Shown in pieces: positions 8,981 through 18,047 of a DNA stretch of 64,000 bases. The translations under genes and the position numbers were made by a program. The stretch's first letter is position 1. Every line of letters starts with the position of its first letter. The DNA lies in NCBI GenBank assembly GCA_017430135.1, contig JAFRNM010000007.1, positions 6,266 through 70,265 of the forward strand. The letters run 5' to 3'. Source of the stretch: Clostridia bacterium. Lineage in GTDB: Bacteria > Bacillota > Clostridia > TANB77 > CAG-508. The notes below the pieces were generated by a model, which was given only the letters and a program-made list of their open reading frames with translations, ran no database searches and was not told where the DNA came from.

Positions 8981-9215
8981 TAACATAATATTAGCGAATA
9001 AGAGAAGAGTAAAATAAAGGTTGCTTAAAGAGAGAGCAAGTTATAAGCTGAAAGCTTGCTTAAGTAAACATATTTGAAAACTACCTCTTTATGCTTTTGG
9101 TGAATAAGCCAAACGGAGTAAGATACGTTATAATCTGTAAATTAAGAGAAAAATAGGATGGAACCGTGTAATTAACACTCCTATGGGTACAAATATTCCC
9201 ATAGGAGTTTTTTGT
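8981..9215 (+). promoter_or_regulatory. T-box leader (threonine specifier) upstream of thrS
   Basis: AGAGAG bulge and GCTGAAAGC distal loop. Specifier region GAAAACTACCTC contains ACU/ACC. T-box sequence AATAGGATGGAACCGTG. Terminator CTCCTATGGG...CCCATAGGAG followed by TTTTTT. Confidence 0.8.
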
Positions 9216-9242
9216 GCCGCAAAAAAGAATGGAGGGATTTTT

Positions 9243-11171
9243 ATGATTAAGGTAACACTTAAAGATGGCTCAATTATTGAAGTCGAAGAAAAGTCTACAA
9301 TTTTAGATGTAGCAAAAAAAATAAGCGAAGGGTTGGCTAGAGTTGCAACTTGTGGAACTGTTGATGGCAAAGTAGAGGATTTAAGATATGAATTAAATAA
9401 AGATTGTGCTTTATCAATAGAAACATTTGATGGTAGTCTAGATGGTAAAAAAGCATATTGGCATACAACATCTCACATTATGGCACAAGCAGTTCAAAGA
9501 TTATTCCCAGGTGTAAAATTTGCAATTGGACCAGCAATAGATAATGGTTTTTATTATGATTTTGATGTAGAAAAACCATTTACAGATGAAGATAAGACAA
9601 ATATCGAAGCTGAAATGAAAAAAATAATAAAAGAAAATCTTGCAATTGAAAGATTTAGTCTTCCAAGAGAAGAAGCATTAAAACTTATGGAAGGCCAACC
9701 ATATAAGCAAGAACTAATAAACGACTTACCAGAAGGAGAAGAAATAAGCTTCTATAAACAAGGCGATTTTACAGATTTGTGTGCTGGACCACACTTAGAA
9801 AGTACAGGAAAAGTAAAAGCTGTAAAAATCCTTTCATCATCTGGAGCTTATTGGAGAGGTGATGAGCATAACAAAATGCTACAAAGAATTTATGCAATCT
9901 CTTATCCAAAAGCAAGTCAATTAGAAGAATATTTACAATTATTAGAAGAAGCAAAACAAAGAGATCATAGGAAAATAGGAAAAGATTTAGCACTATTTAT
10001 GACACACCCATTAGTAGGCTCAGGTTTACCAATGTATTTACCAAATGGTGCAACAATTAGAAGACTTCTAGAAAGATATATTCAAGATAAAGAATTAAGA
10101 CTTGGATATTGGCATGTATATACACCATCACTTGCAAATGTTGATTTATACAAAACTTCAGGACATTGGGATCACTACAAAGATGATATGTTCCCAGTTA
10201 TGAAAATGGAAAATGAAGAATTAGTTTTAAGACCAATGAATTGCCCACATCACATGTTAATTTATAAAAGTGAAATGCGTTCATATAGAGATTTACCAAT
10301 AAAAATTGGAGAGCTTGCAAATGACTTTAGATATGAATCAAGTGGTAGTGTTTGCGGATTGGAAAGAGTTCGCCAAATGTGTCAAAATGATGCGCATCTA
10401 TTTGTAAGACCAGATCAAATTAAAGAAGAAGTTGGAAAAGTTCTTAACTTAATATTTGAAGTATATATGAAAGATTTTGGCTTCCCATCATCAGCATTTT
10501 CATTTAGATTATCTTTAAGAGATAAAAATAATAAAGAAAAATATATAGACAATGATGAAATGTGGGAGACAGCAGAGAGCCAATTAAGACAAATTCTAAC
10601 AGATTTAAAAATTGACTTCTATGAAGCAGAAGGAGAAGCTGCATTTTATGGCCCTAAAATAGATATCCAAATAAAAACAGCTCTAAACCATGATGTAACA
10701 ATACCAACATGTCAATTAGATTTTGCTTTACCAGAAAGATTTGACTTGAATTATATTGGAGAAGATGGAAAAGAACATAGACCTGTTGTAATACATAGAG
10801 CAATACTTGGTTCTTCAGATAGATTTATATCATTCTTAATAGAAGAAACAAAAGGATTCTTCCCATTATGGCTTGCACCAACACAAGTAAAAATCTTACC
10901 AATAAGCGAAAAACAATATGATTACTGCAAGGAAATACAAGAAAAACTTCAAGCAGAAGGCATTAGAGTAAAATTTGATGATAGAAACGAAAAAGTTGGT
11001 TATAAAATCCGTGAAGCACAAATGCAAAAAATTCCATATATGCTAGTAATAGGTGACAAAGAAAAAGAAAATAATCAAGTAGCAGTGCGTTCTCGCGAAG
11101 ACGGAGATATTGGCGTAATGAGTCTTTCAGATTTTATTTCTCAATATTTGAAAGAAGCGAAGAAAGCATAA
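9243..11171 (+). CDS. thrS: threonine--tRNA ligase
   Basis: Starts MIKVTLKDGS (TGS domain) behind GGAGGG; class II core and anticodon-binding domain follow. The track start 9183 would run through the T-box terminator. Confidence 0.9.
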   Translation: MIKVTLKDGSIIEVEEKSTILDVAKKISEGLARVATCGTVDGKVEDLRYELNKDCALSIETFDGSLDGKKAYWHTTSHIMAQAVQRLFPGVKFAIGPAIDNGFYYDFDVEKPFTDEDKTNIEAEMKKIIKENLAIERFSLPREEALKLMEGQPYKQELINDLPEGEEISFYKQGDFTDLCAGPHLESTGKVKAVKILSSSGAYWRGDEHNKMLQRIYAISYPKASQLEEYLQLLEEAKQRDHRKIGKDLALFMTHPLVGSGLPMYLPNGATIRRLLERYIQDKELRLGYWHVYTPSLANVDLYKTSGHWDHYKDDMFPVMKMENEELVLRPMNCPHHMLIYKSEMRSYRDLPIKIGELANDFRYESSGSVCGLERVRQMCQNDAHLFVRPDQIKEEVGKVLNLIFEVYMKDFGFPSSAFSFRLSLRDKNNKEKYIDNDEMWETAESQLRQILTDLKIDFYEAEGEAAFYGPKIDIQIKTALNHDVTIPTCQLDFALPERFDLNYIGEDGKEHRPVVIHRAILGSSDRFISFLIEETKGFFPLWLAPTQVKILPISEKQYDYCKEIQEKLQAEGIRVKFDDRNEKVGYKIREAQMQKIPYMLVIGDKEKENNQVAVRSREDGDIGVMSLSDFISQYLKEAKKA

Positions 11172-11190
11172 ATAATAGAAAATATAAAGG

Positions 11191-11298
11191 CTAAATATAT
11201 ATTCTGGGAGTGGTCAAGTGGGGACCGTTCCATAGTTCTTAGAGATTTATCTCTTAGAACTATGTGAATGGGGAGACCCGGGAAGAATATATATTTAG
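11191..11298. repeat. hairpin-flanked GC-richer element (single copy in window)
   Basis: Arms CTAAATATATATTC / GAATATATATTTAG enclose TGGGAGTGGTCAAGTGGGGACCGTTC, a central stem CATAGTTCTTAGAGA-TTTA-TCTCTTAGAACTATG, then GAATGGGGAGACCCGGG. Starts 20 nt after the thrS stop. Confidence 0.6.
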
Positions 11299-11340
11299 TC
11301 AAGATAAGTATTAATTCGAAAGAAAGGAATGAAACAAAAT

Positions 11341-12432
11341 ATGAAACTAGGAATTGTAGGACTTCCAAATGTAGGAAAAAGTACAATGTTTAACAGTATA
11401 ACAAAAGCAGGAGCAGAATGTGCAAACTATCCATTTTGCACAATAGAACCAAATGTTGGTGTAGTTCCTGTTCCAGATGAGAGATTAGATGCATTAACAA
11501 AAATGTATAATCCACAAAAAACAACACATGCAGTAATTGAATTTGTTGATATAGCAGGGTTAGTAAAAGGCGCAAGCAAAGGAGAGGGGCTTGGAAATAA
11601 GTTCCTATCTCACATTCGTGAAACGGATGCAATAGTTGAAGTTGTAAGATGTTTTGAGGATGGTAATGTTGTGCATGTAGACGGAAGTGTAGACCCAATA
11701 AGAGATATAGAAACAATAAACTTAGAATTAATTTTTTCAGATATCGAAATAGTAAATAAAAGATTAGATAAAGCAAGAAAAAATCTTAAAGCAGATAAAA
11801 AATATCAAGAAGAAATTGATTTATTAGAAAAAATTCTAAAAACTCTAGAACAAGGAATATCAGCAAGAGCGATAGATTTTACAGATGATGAAAAAATACT
11901 TGTAAAAGATATGTTTTTATTAACAACAAAACCAATTTTGTATATTGCAAATGTTGCAGAAAATCAATTAGATACAATGGAAAATGATCCACTTGTAATG
12001 AAAGTAAAAGAATATGCTAAAAAAGAAAATGCAGAAGTAATTCCACTTTGTGTAAAAATTGAAGAAGAATTATCTGGCTTAGAGGATGAAGATAAAAAAG
12101 AAATGCTAGAAGCGCTTGGATTAGAAGAATCTGGATTAGACAAAGTGATAAAGAAAAGCTATGATTTATTAGGATTAATGTCATTCCTAACTGCAGGAGA
12201 ACCAGAGGTAAGAGCTTGGACAATAAAAAAAGGAACAAAAGCACCACAAGCTGCTGGAAAGATACATTCAGATATAGAAAGAGGTTTCATAAAAGCAGAA
12301 GTTGTATCATTTGATGATTTAATGAAAGAAGGTTCAATGGTTGCAGCACGTGAAAAAGGCTTGGTTCGACAAGAAGGAAAAGAATATGTAATGCAAGATG
12401 GAGATATTGTATTATTTAAATTTAATGTGTAG
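11341..12432 (+). CDS. ychF: redox-regulated ATPase YchF
   Basis: MKLGIVGLPNVGKST P-loop and C-terminal TGS-like domain. The track start 11329 abuts the RBS, so ATG 11341 is preferred. Confidence 0.85.
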   Translation: MKLGIVGLPNVGKSTMFNSITKAGAECANYPFCTIEPNVGVVPVPDERLDALTKMYNPQKTTHAVIEFVDIAGLVKGASKGEGLGNKFLSHIRETDAIVEVVRCFEDGNVVHVDGSVDPIRDIETINLELIFSDIEIVNKRLDKARKNLKADKKYQEEIDLLEKILKTLEQGISARAIDFTDDEKILVKDMFLLTTKPILYIANVAENQLDTMENDPLVMKVKEYAKKENAEVIPLCVKIEEELSGLEDEDKKEMLEALGLEESGLDKVIKKSYDLLGLMSFLTAGEPEVRAWTIKKGTKAPQAAGKIHSDIERGFIKAEVVSFDDLMKEGSMVAAREKGLVRQEGKEYVMQDGDIVLFKFNV

Positions 12433-12656
12433 AATTTTGTAATATTTTTGTAATAATTATGAAACAAAAAAGTAATAAAAAAATACACATAAAATGCTTG
12501 ACTAATAAATAATAAAAGTTTAAAATATATATAGGAATCAAAAGAAAATACAATATATTTCTATAAAAAAACTTGAAATTGCATGGCTTGTGTGGTATAA
12601 TATTTTTCGCAAGTATAATAATAATAGAAATATATGAGAAAAAAGGAGAAAAAATT

Positions 12657-13130
12657 ATGAATAAATCAAGTTTAATTAAAACAATATTAGTTATTATGTT
12701 AGGAATGGTGTTAATGTTTTCAACAAGTGTATTTGCAGCAGATGAGCTAGATGATATTTTAGATCTTAGTGGTGATGATGATACATCAACTACAACAACA
12801 ACTACAGGAGATGATACATCTTCTTCAATTATAGCTGATGATAATCAACCATCAAGTACAAAAGCACAATCTACAAGTGGAACATCAACAGATGGAAATA
12901 AATTAGAAGTTGAGAATACATCTACTCCAACAAATAACACATCAAATACTCCAGCAAATAATACTAGTGTATATGGAAATACAAATAATACACAAAACAC
13001 TACAAATACTCCAAATACTATTTCAAAAGCTGGTTTGGAAGATTCATTACCAACAATAGTATTAATAGCTGTATTTGCTGTATCTGCAGTATTTGCTTAT
13101 AAAAAAATAAATGAATACAAAAATATTTAG
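12657..13130 (+). CDS. secreted/anchored Thr/Asn/Ser-rich low-complexity protein
   Basis: ATG 12657 behind AAAGGAG. Signal-like MNKSSLIKTILVIMLGMVLMFSTSVFA, a T/N/S-rich body and a C-terminal TM anchor LPTIVLIAVFAVSAVFAYKK. Confidence 0.55.
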   Translation: MNKSSLIKTILVIMLGMVLMFSTSVFAADELDDILDLSGDDDTSTTTTTTGDDTSSSIIADDNQPSSTKAQSTSGTSTDGNKLEVENTSTPTNNTSNTPANNTSVYGNTNNTQNTTNTPNTISKAGLEDSLPTIVLIAVFAVSAVFAYKKINEYKNI

Positions 13131-13135
13131 TAAAT

Positions 13136-13163
13136 AAAAACCTAAGCATAAGCTTAGGTTTTT
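13136..13163 (+). terminator. intrinsic terminator
   Basis: AAAAACCTAAGC-ATAA-GCTTAGGTTTTT. Confidence 0.75.
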
Positions 13164-13229
13164 GGTTTATATAGAAGGTAAAAAGGGACTCGTATATTTC
13201 TATACAAGTCCTTTTGGATTTAGATGAAC

Positions 13230-13490
13230 TTAAGCAACTGCTGAATAATTCTTTAAAGCATTCTCAATTTCAGAAATTGAGTGATTTCCAAAATAGAATG
13301 CTACAGAGTTAATGCCTCTTAAATTGCCAAATTTCTGAGCAAATTCAAGGCCGAGTTGGTCAACTGCATCATACACATGTAATTGACCTAGCCATGAAAT
13401 CTCATGGTAGAGACCAATGTAAACAAGGTCTCCATATGGCTGCATTAAAAACTTAAGTCCTTTTTGTGAAGTTATTGTTTTAACTTCCAT
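13230..13490 (-). CDS. hypothetical protein
   Basis: 86-aa ORF with RBS GGAGGT. Upstream TTGACA-17-TATAAT promoter on the - strand near 13590-13560. No recognisable motif. Confidence 0.5.
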   Translation of the reverse strand: MEVKTITSQKGLKFLMQPYGDLVYIGLYHEISWLGQLHVYDAVDQLGLEFAQKFGNLRGINSVAFYFGNHSISEIENALKNYSAVA

Positions 13491-13754
13491 CGGTTATTAC
13501 CTCCAATCAAATGATTTTCATGAACAAACGAACTGTAGCTGTCTACTCGAGGTATACAACTTATAATGTTTTCTAATTATATCATAAAAATACCATACTG
13601 TCAAGTTATGTAAAATTTGTAAAAACATGTCAAACTGTGAAATATTTTGATATTTCTGTATAATTAGATAAGCGTTTTACTAGATTATAAAAGAAAATTT
13701 AGTAAAATACTTGATTTTTTTCATAAAAAATGTAATAATATATAAAATAAATAA

Positions 13755-13996
13755 AAACGAGGAAAAAGAGGAGTAAGTTTATACTAGTTTAAAAGAGAAT
13801 AGAAGTCATCGGCTGAAAGCTTCTAAAACAAAAGGTAAACTGAAGGTAGCTTTGGAGTTGATATATTGAAATAAAAGTAGATATATTCGCGTTGGCTGCG
13901 TTAAAAGCTAAAATGAGATAATGTTTTATAAACATTAATTAAGGTGGTACCGTAAGATTCAAGTCTTGCCCTTATTATAGGGTAAGACTTTTTTGA
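13755..13996 (+). promoter_or_regulatory. T-box leader (probable valine specifier GUA) upstream of the lacX-like/valS pair
   Basis: AGAGAA bulge and GGCTGAAAGC distal loop. GGTAAACTGAAGGTAGC region contains GUA twice. T-box AATTAAGGTGGTACCGTAAG. Terminator AAGTCTTGCCCT...AGGGTAAGACTT followed by TTTTT. Confidence 0.8.
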
Positions 13997-14025
13997 TTAA
14001 TTAAGATAATGAAGGAGGATAAAAA

Positions 14026-14862
14026 ATGCTTGAAATAAAAAGTTCAATACATGGTGCCGAATTAACAAGCATCAAAATGAATGGAATAGAAAAATTACAT
14101 CAAGCAAATGATGTCTTAGATGAAAATGGAAAAGCTTATTGGGGAAGACATGCGCCAATTTTGTTTCCAATTGTAGGAAAATTAAAAAATAACAAAACTC
14201 AAATTAATGGCGAAGTATATGAAATGTCACAACATGGTTTTGCTAGAGACATGGATTTTGAAAAAATTGAAGAAAACAAATATCTATTAAGATTTAACGA
14301 AGAAACATTAAAAAAATATCCTTTTAAATTTGAATTATATGTTGAATATAAAATTAATGAAAATGAACTCACAACAGAATATACGGTTGTAAATAAAGAT
14401 GAAAAAGAAATGCTATTCGGACTTGGCGGTCATCCTGCATTTATTTGTAATTATAGCAGTGAAAAATTTGAAATAGAATTTGAAAAAATAGAAGATAAAA
14501 TAGAATTTTATAAATTACAAGAGGGATTAATAAAAAGTGAACCAATTCCATCAATGTTAAAAGATAACAAAATCAAATTAACAAAAGATATATTTGATGA
14601 AGATGCTATAATAATGAAAAATATAAATTCTAATAAAGTTATTTTAAAAGAAAATAATAATAAGTACTTAGAATTTGATTTTGAAGGTTTTCCATATCTT
14701 GCTATATGGTCAAAAAAAGGAGCACCATTTGTCTGCATAGAACCATGGCAAAATCATACAGATAGTGTTAATTCAAATGGAAAGTTTGACGAAAAAGAAA
14801 ATATATTAAAATTAAAAAAAGATGAAAAATTTAATTGTAAATATAAAGTATTATTTTATTAA
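14026..14862 (+). CDS. aldose 1-epimerase family (LacX-like) protein
   Basis: The PILFPIVGKL, HGFARD and GGHPAF motifs are typical of the LacX/aldose-epimerase superfamily; RBS GAAGGAGG. Confidence 0.65.
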   Translation: MLEIKSSIHGAELTSIKMNGIEKLHQANDVLDENGKAYWGRHAPILFPIVGKLKNNKTQINGEVYEMSQHGFARDMDFEKIEENKYLLRFNEETLKKYPFKFELYVEYKINENELTTEYTVVNKDEKEMLFGLGGHPAFICNYSSEKFEIEFEKIEDKIEFYKLQEGLIKSEPIPSMLKDNKIKLTKDIFDEDAIIMKNINSNKVILKENNNKYLEFDFEGFPYLAIWSKKGAPFVCIEPWQNHTDSVNSNGKFDEKENILKLKKDEKFNCKYKVLFY

Positions 14863-14874
14863 GGAGGAAAAAAG

Positions 14875-17550
14875 ATGAGTAAAGAAGAATTAGAAGGAAA
14901 ATACAATCCACAAGAATTTGAAGGAGAATTGTATAAAAAATGGGAGGAAAAAGGCTACTTTAAACCAAGCATGGACAAAACAAAAGAAGCTTTTTGTATA
15001 ATGATGCCACCTCCAAATGTAACAGGAAAACTACACATGGGGCATGCATTGGATGGTACAATTCAAGATATTTTAATAAGATTTAAAAGAATGCAAGGAT
15101 ATAATACTTTGTGGTTACCTGGTTCAGACCATGCAGCAATTTCAACAGAAATGAAAGTTGTTCAAAAATTAGCAAAAGAAGGTAAAACAAAGCAAGATAT
15201 AGGAAGAGAAAAATTCTTAGAAGAAACATGGGATTGGACACACGAATATGGTGGAATAATTCAGAAACAACAAAGAATGCTTGGTTGTTCTTGTGATTGG
15301 GATAGAAATAGATTTACAATGGACGAAGGCATGAGCGATGCAGTTTTAGAGCAATTTATTAAACTATATGATAAAGGATTAATCTACAAAGGTAAAAGAA
15401 TGGTAAACTGGTGTACAAGTTGTAATACATCAATTTCAGATGCAGAAGTTGAATATAAAGAAGAACCATCACATTTATGGCATATTAGATATAAAATTTC
15501 TGGAACAGAAGATCAATACATAATAGTAGCAACAACAAGACCAGAAACAATGCTTGGAGATACAGCAGTAGCAGTGCATCCAGATGACGAAAGATATAAA
15601 GATTTAGTTGGAAAAACATGTATCTTACCAATAATGAACAAAGAAATTCCAATAATAGCAGATGAATTTGTTGAAAAAGAATTTGGAACAGGTTGTGTTA
15701 AAATTACACCTGCACACGATATGAACGATTATCAAGCTGGTTTAAGACATAACTTAGAAATAATAGAAGTATTTGATGAAAACTTCAAAATGGGAAATCT
15801 AGTTCCAGAATATAAAGGAATGGATTTAATAGAGGCAAGAAAACTAATAGTAGAAAAATTAAAAGAAATAGGAGCATTAGTTAAAGAAGAAGAATACACA
15901 CACAATGTTGCAAAATGTGAAAGATGTAAGCATACAATAGAACCTAAAATTTCTACACAATGGTTTGTAAACATGAAAGATATGGCTAAAAGAGCAGCAG
16001 ATAGCGTACGTAATGGTGAAATGAACTTTATTCCAAAAAGATATGAAAAACAATACTTCAATTGGTTAGATAATATTCAAGATTGGTGTATATCTCGTCA
16101 ATTATGGTGGGGACATAGAATTCCTGCATATTATTGTGAAGATTGTGGAGAAATAAATGTAGCAAAAACAAAACCAGAAACATGTAAAAAATGTGGAGGA
16201 ACACATTTACATCAAGATGAAGATACACTAGATACATGGTTTAGTTCAGCATTATGGCCATTTTCAACATTAGGCTGGCCAAATACTGAAACAGAAGACT
16301 ATAAAACATTCTATCCTACAAATGTATTAGTTACAGGTTTTGATATTATAACTTTCTGGGTATCTAGAATGATGACACAAGGTTTAGAATTTACAGATGT
16401 ACCACCATTTAAAGATGTTGTAATACATGGTTTAGTAAGGGATAGCCAAGGAAGAAAGATGTCAAAAACACTTGGTAATGGTATTGATCCAATAGATGTT
16501 ATAGATAAATATGGAGCAGATGCATTAAGATTTTCAGTTATATCTGGAACAACAATGGGAAATGATATAAGATTTATGGAAGAAAAACTTGAACAAGCAT
16601 CAAATTTTGCAAACAAGATTTGGAACGCATCTAAATTTATATTAAATTCATTAGTTGACGAAGAAAAAATAAAAGAATTCTTTATGAAAAACATCAATAC
16701 TGAAACAAACAAATTAAATGATGATTGCCTAAGAATTGAAGATAAATGGATAATTTCAAAATGCAACGAACTAATAAAAGAAGTTACTAAGAACCTAGAA
16801 AACTATGAGTTAGGAATTGCACTAGATAAAATTTATACATTTGCATGGAACGAATTTTGCGATTGGTACATAGAAATTGTAAAACCAAGATTATATAGTG
16901 AAAACGAAGAGGAAAAAGTAAGAGTTTGCTTTACACTAATAAATGTATTTACAAATGTATTAAAATTATTACATCCATTTATGCCATTTATAACATCAAA
17001 AATTTATAGTGCAATGATGTCAGATCCACATGATATTATGGTTTCACATTTTCCAGTGGCTATACCAAACATGGGATATGAAAAAGAAGAAGAGTTCATG
17101 GAAAAAATGAAAGACATAATTACACAAATTAGAAATGTTAGAGCAAACATGAATATACATCCATCTAGAAAATCAGAATTGATTTTTGTAACAGAAGATG
17201 GAGAAAAAATAATTCAAGCAAAAGACTTTATTTTAAAATTAGGTTTTGGAAGTGAAATAAAAGTTCAAAACAATAAAGAAGGAATAAAAGAAAATGCTAT
17301 AAAAATCTTAAAAGATGATATAGAATTATATATTCCATTTGAAGGGTTAGTAGATTTTGAAGCAGAAAAAGAAAGATTGCTAACTAAAAAAGCAAAAATT
17401 GAAGAAGAAGCAGCAAAAGTTGAAGCAATACTTACAAAACCAGGCTTTGTAGACAAAGCACCTGAAAAGGTTGTAAATGAACAAAGAAAGAAATTTGAAG
17501 AATACAAAGCAGTATTAGCAGACATAGATGAAAAACTTGCTAATATGTAG
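14875..17550 (+). CDS. valS: valine--tRNA ligase
   Basis: 891 aa. PPPNVTGKLHMGH (HIGH), KMSKTLGN (KMSKS), CP1 editing domain and a C-terminal coiled coil. Confidence 0.92.
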   Translation: MSKEELEGKYNPQEFEGELYKKWEEKGYFKPSMDKTKEAFCIMMPPPNVTGKLHMGHALDGTIQDILIRFKRMQGYNTLWLPGSDHAAISTEMKVVQKLAKEGKTKQDIGREKFLEETWDWTHEYGGIIQKQQRMLGCSCDWDRNRFTMDEGMSDAVLEQFIKLYDKGLIYKGKRMVNWCTSCNTSISDAEVEYKEEPSHLWHIRYKISGTEDQYIIVATTRPETMLGDTAVAVHPDDERYKDLVGKTCILPIMNKEIPIIADEFVEKEFGTGCVKITPAHDMNDYQAGLRHNLEIIEVFDENFKMGNLVPEYKGMDLIEARKLIVEKLKEIGALVKEEEYTHNVAKCERCKHTIEPKISTQWFVNMKDMAKRAADSVRNGEMNFIPKRYEKQYFNWLDNIQDWCISRQLWWGHRIPAYYCEDCGEINVAKTKPETCKKCGGTHLHQDEDTLDTWFSSALWPFSTLGWPNTETEDYKTFYPTNVLVTGFDIITFWVSRMMTQGLEFTDVPPFKDVVIHGLVRDSQGRKMSKTLGNGIDPIDVIDKYGADALRFSVISGTTMGNDIRFMEEKLEQASNFANKIWNASKFILNSLVDEEKIKEFFMKNINTETNKLNDDCLRIEDKWIISKCNELIKEVTKNLENYELGIALDKIYTFAWNEFCDWYIEIVKPRLYSENEEEKVRVCFTLINVFTNVLKLLHPFMPFITSKIYSAMMSDPHDIMVSHFPVAIPNMGYEKEEEFMEKMKDIITQIRNVRANMNIHPSRKSELIFVTEDGEKIIQAKDFILKLGFGSEIKVQNNKEGIKENAIKILKDDIELYIPFEGLVDFEAEKERLLTKKAKIEEEAAKVEAILTKPGFVDKAPEKVVNEQRKKFEEYKAVLADIDEKLANM

Positions 17551-17592
17551 AAAAAAAGAACTGATGAGCAATCTTGCAAAATGGTGCAAAAT

Positions 17593-17634
17593 GGGACACT
17601 CTAAAAATGCCACATAGCATTTTTAGAGTGTCCC
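17593..17634. repeat. family D palindrome (GGGACAC type)
   Basis: GGGACACTCTAAAAATGC-CACATA-GCATTTTTAGAGTGTCCC. Lies between the valS stop and the convergent small ORF. Confidence 0.8.
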
Positions 17635-17645
17635 TAAATTCCTTT

Positions 17646-17825
17646 TTACTTAATCCAAATTATTACATCAACAAAAAGTGTAACCAAAACAGAAAAAGCA
17701 ATAACACTTATTCCGCCACTTTTATTATTTTCGGTATTTATTTCATAAATTCCATAGGTAATTGCTTTTGCCAAAATGTAGAGGCTAGCAATTGCAAAAA
17801 TAAAATCATAAATAAAATTAAACAT
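17646..17825 (-). CDS. 59-aa two-TM membrane protein not in the ORF track (candidate germinant-receptor D-type subunit)
   Basis: ATG preceded by AAGGAG with a 7-nt spacer. My translation: MFNFIYDFIFAIASLYILAKAITYGIYEINTENNKSGGISVIAFSVLVTLFVDVIIWIK. Lies downstream of gerAC on the same strand. Confidence 0.5.
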   Translation of the reverse strand: MFNFIYDFIFAIASLYILAKAITYGIYEINTENNKSGGISVIAFSVLVTLFVDVIIWIK

Positions 17826-17837
17826 TAAAAATCTCCT

Positions 17838-18047
17838 TAATCATATTATAGAGGCAGTTATATATTATTATTAAGCAAGTTATATTAAACCGTTCGTCCT
17901 TATCATATTATAGAGGCAGTTATATTATGAAACGAGGACGCGTAGGCGGAGCGGAGCGAAGCGGTGAAGCGACCCGACGAACTAGTATTTTTAAAATAAG
18001 GAGGGTCGTGACAACAAGGACGAGTGTAATAATATAACTGCCTAGAA
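17838..18047 (+). repeat. family B copy 1, composite (partial inverted end, 29-bp direct duplication, full copy)
   Basis: CCTTA(A)TCATATTATAGAGGCAGTTATAT occurs at 17836-17863 and 17898-17925. AAACCGTTCGTCC at 17888 is an inverted element end. The full core is GACGCGTAGGCGGAGCGGAGCGAAGCGGTGAAGCGACCCGACGAACTAG...GGAGGGTCGTGACAACAAGGACGA. Confidence 0.8.

Noticed and set aside
9183-9242. Upstream extension of thrS (track start at 9183)
   Set aside because: It would translate through the T-box terminator hairpin. MIKVTLKDGS at 9243 with GGAGGG upstream is the natural ThrRS start.
17574-17828. 84-aa ORF on the + strand after valS
   Set aside because: It begins inside the family D palindrome and lacks an RBS. 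The opposite strand carries a shorter ORF with a strong RBS and a clean two-TM product.
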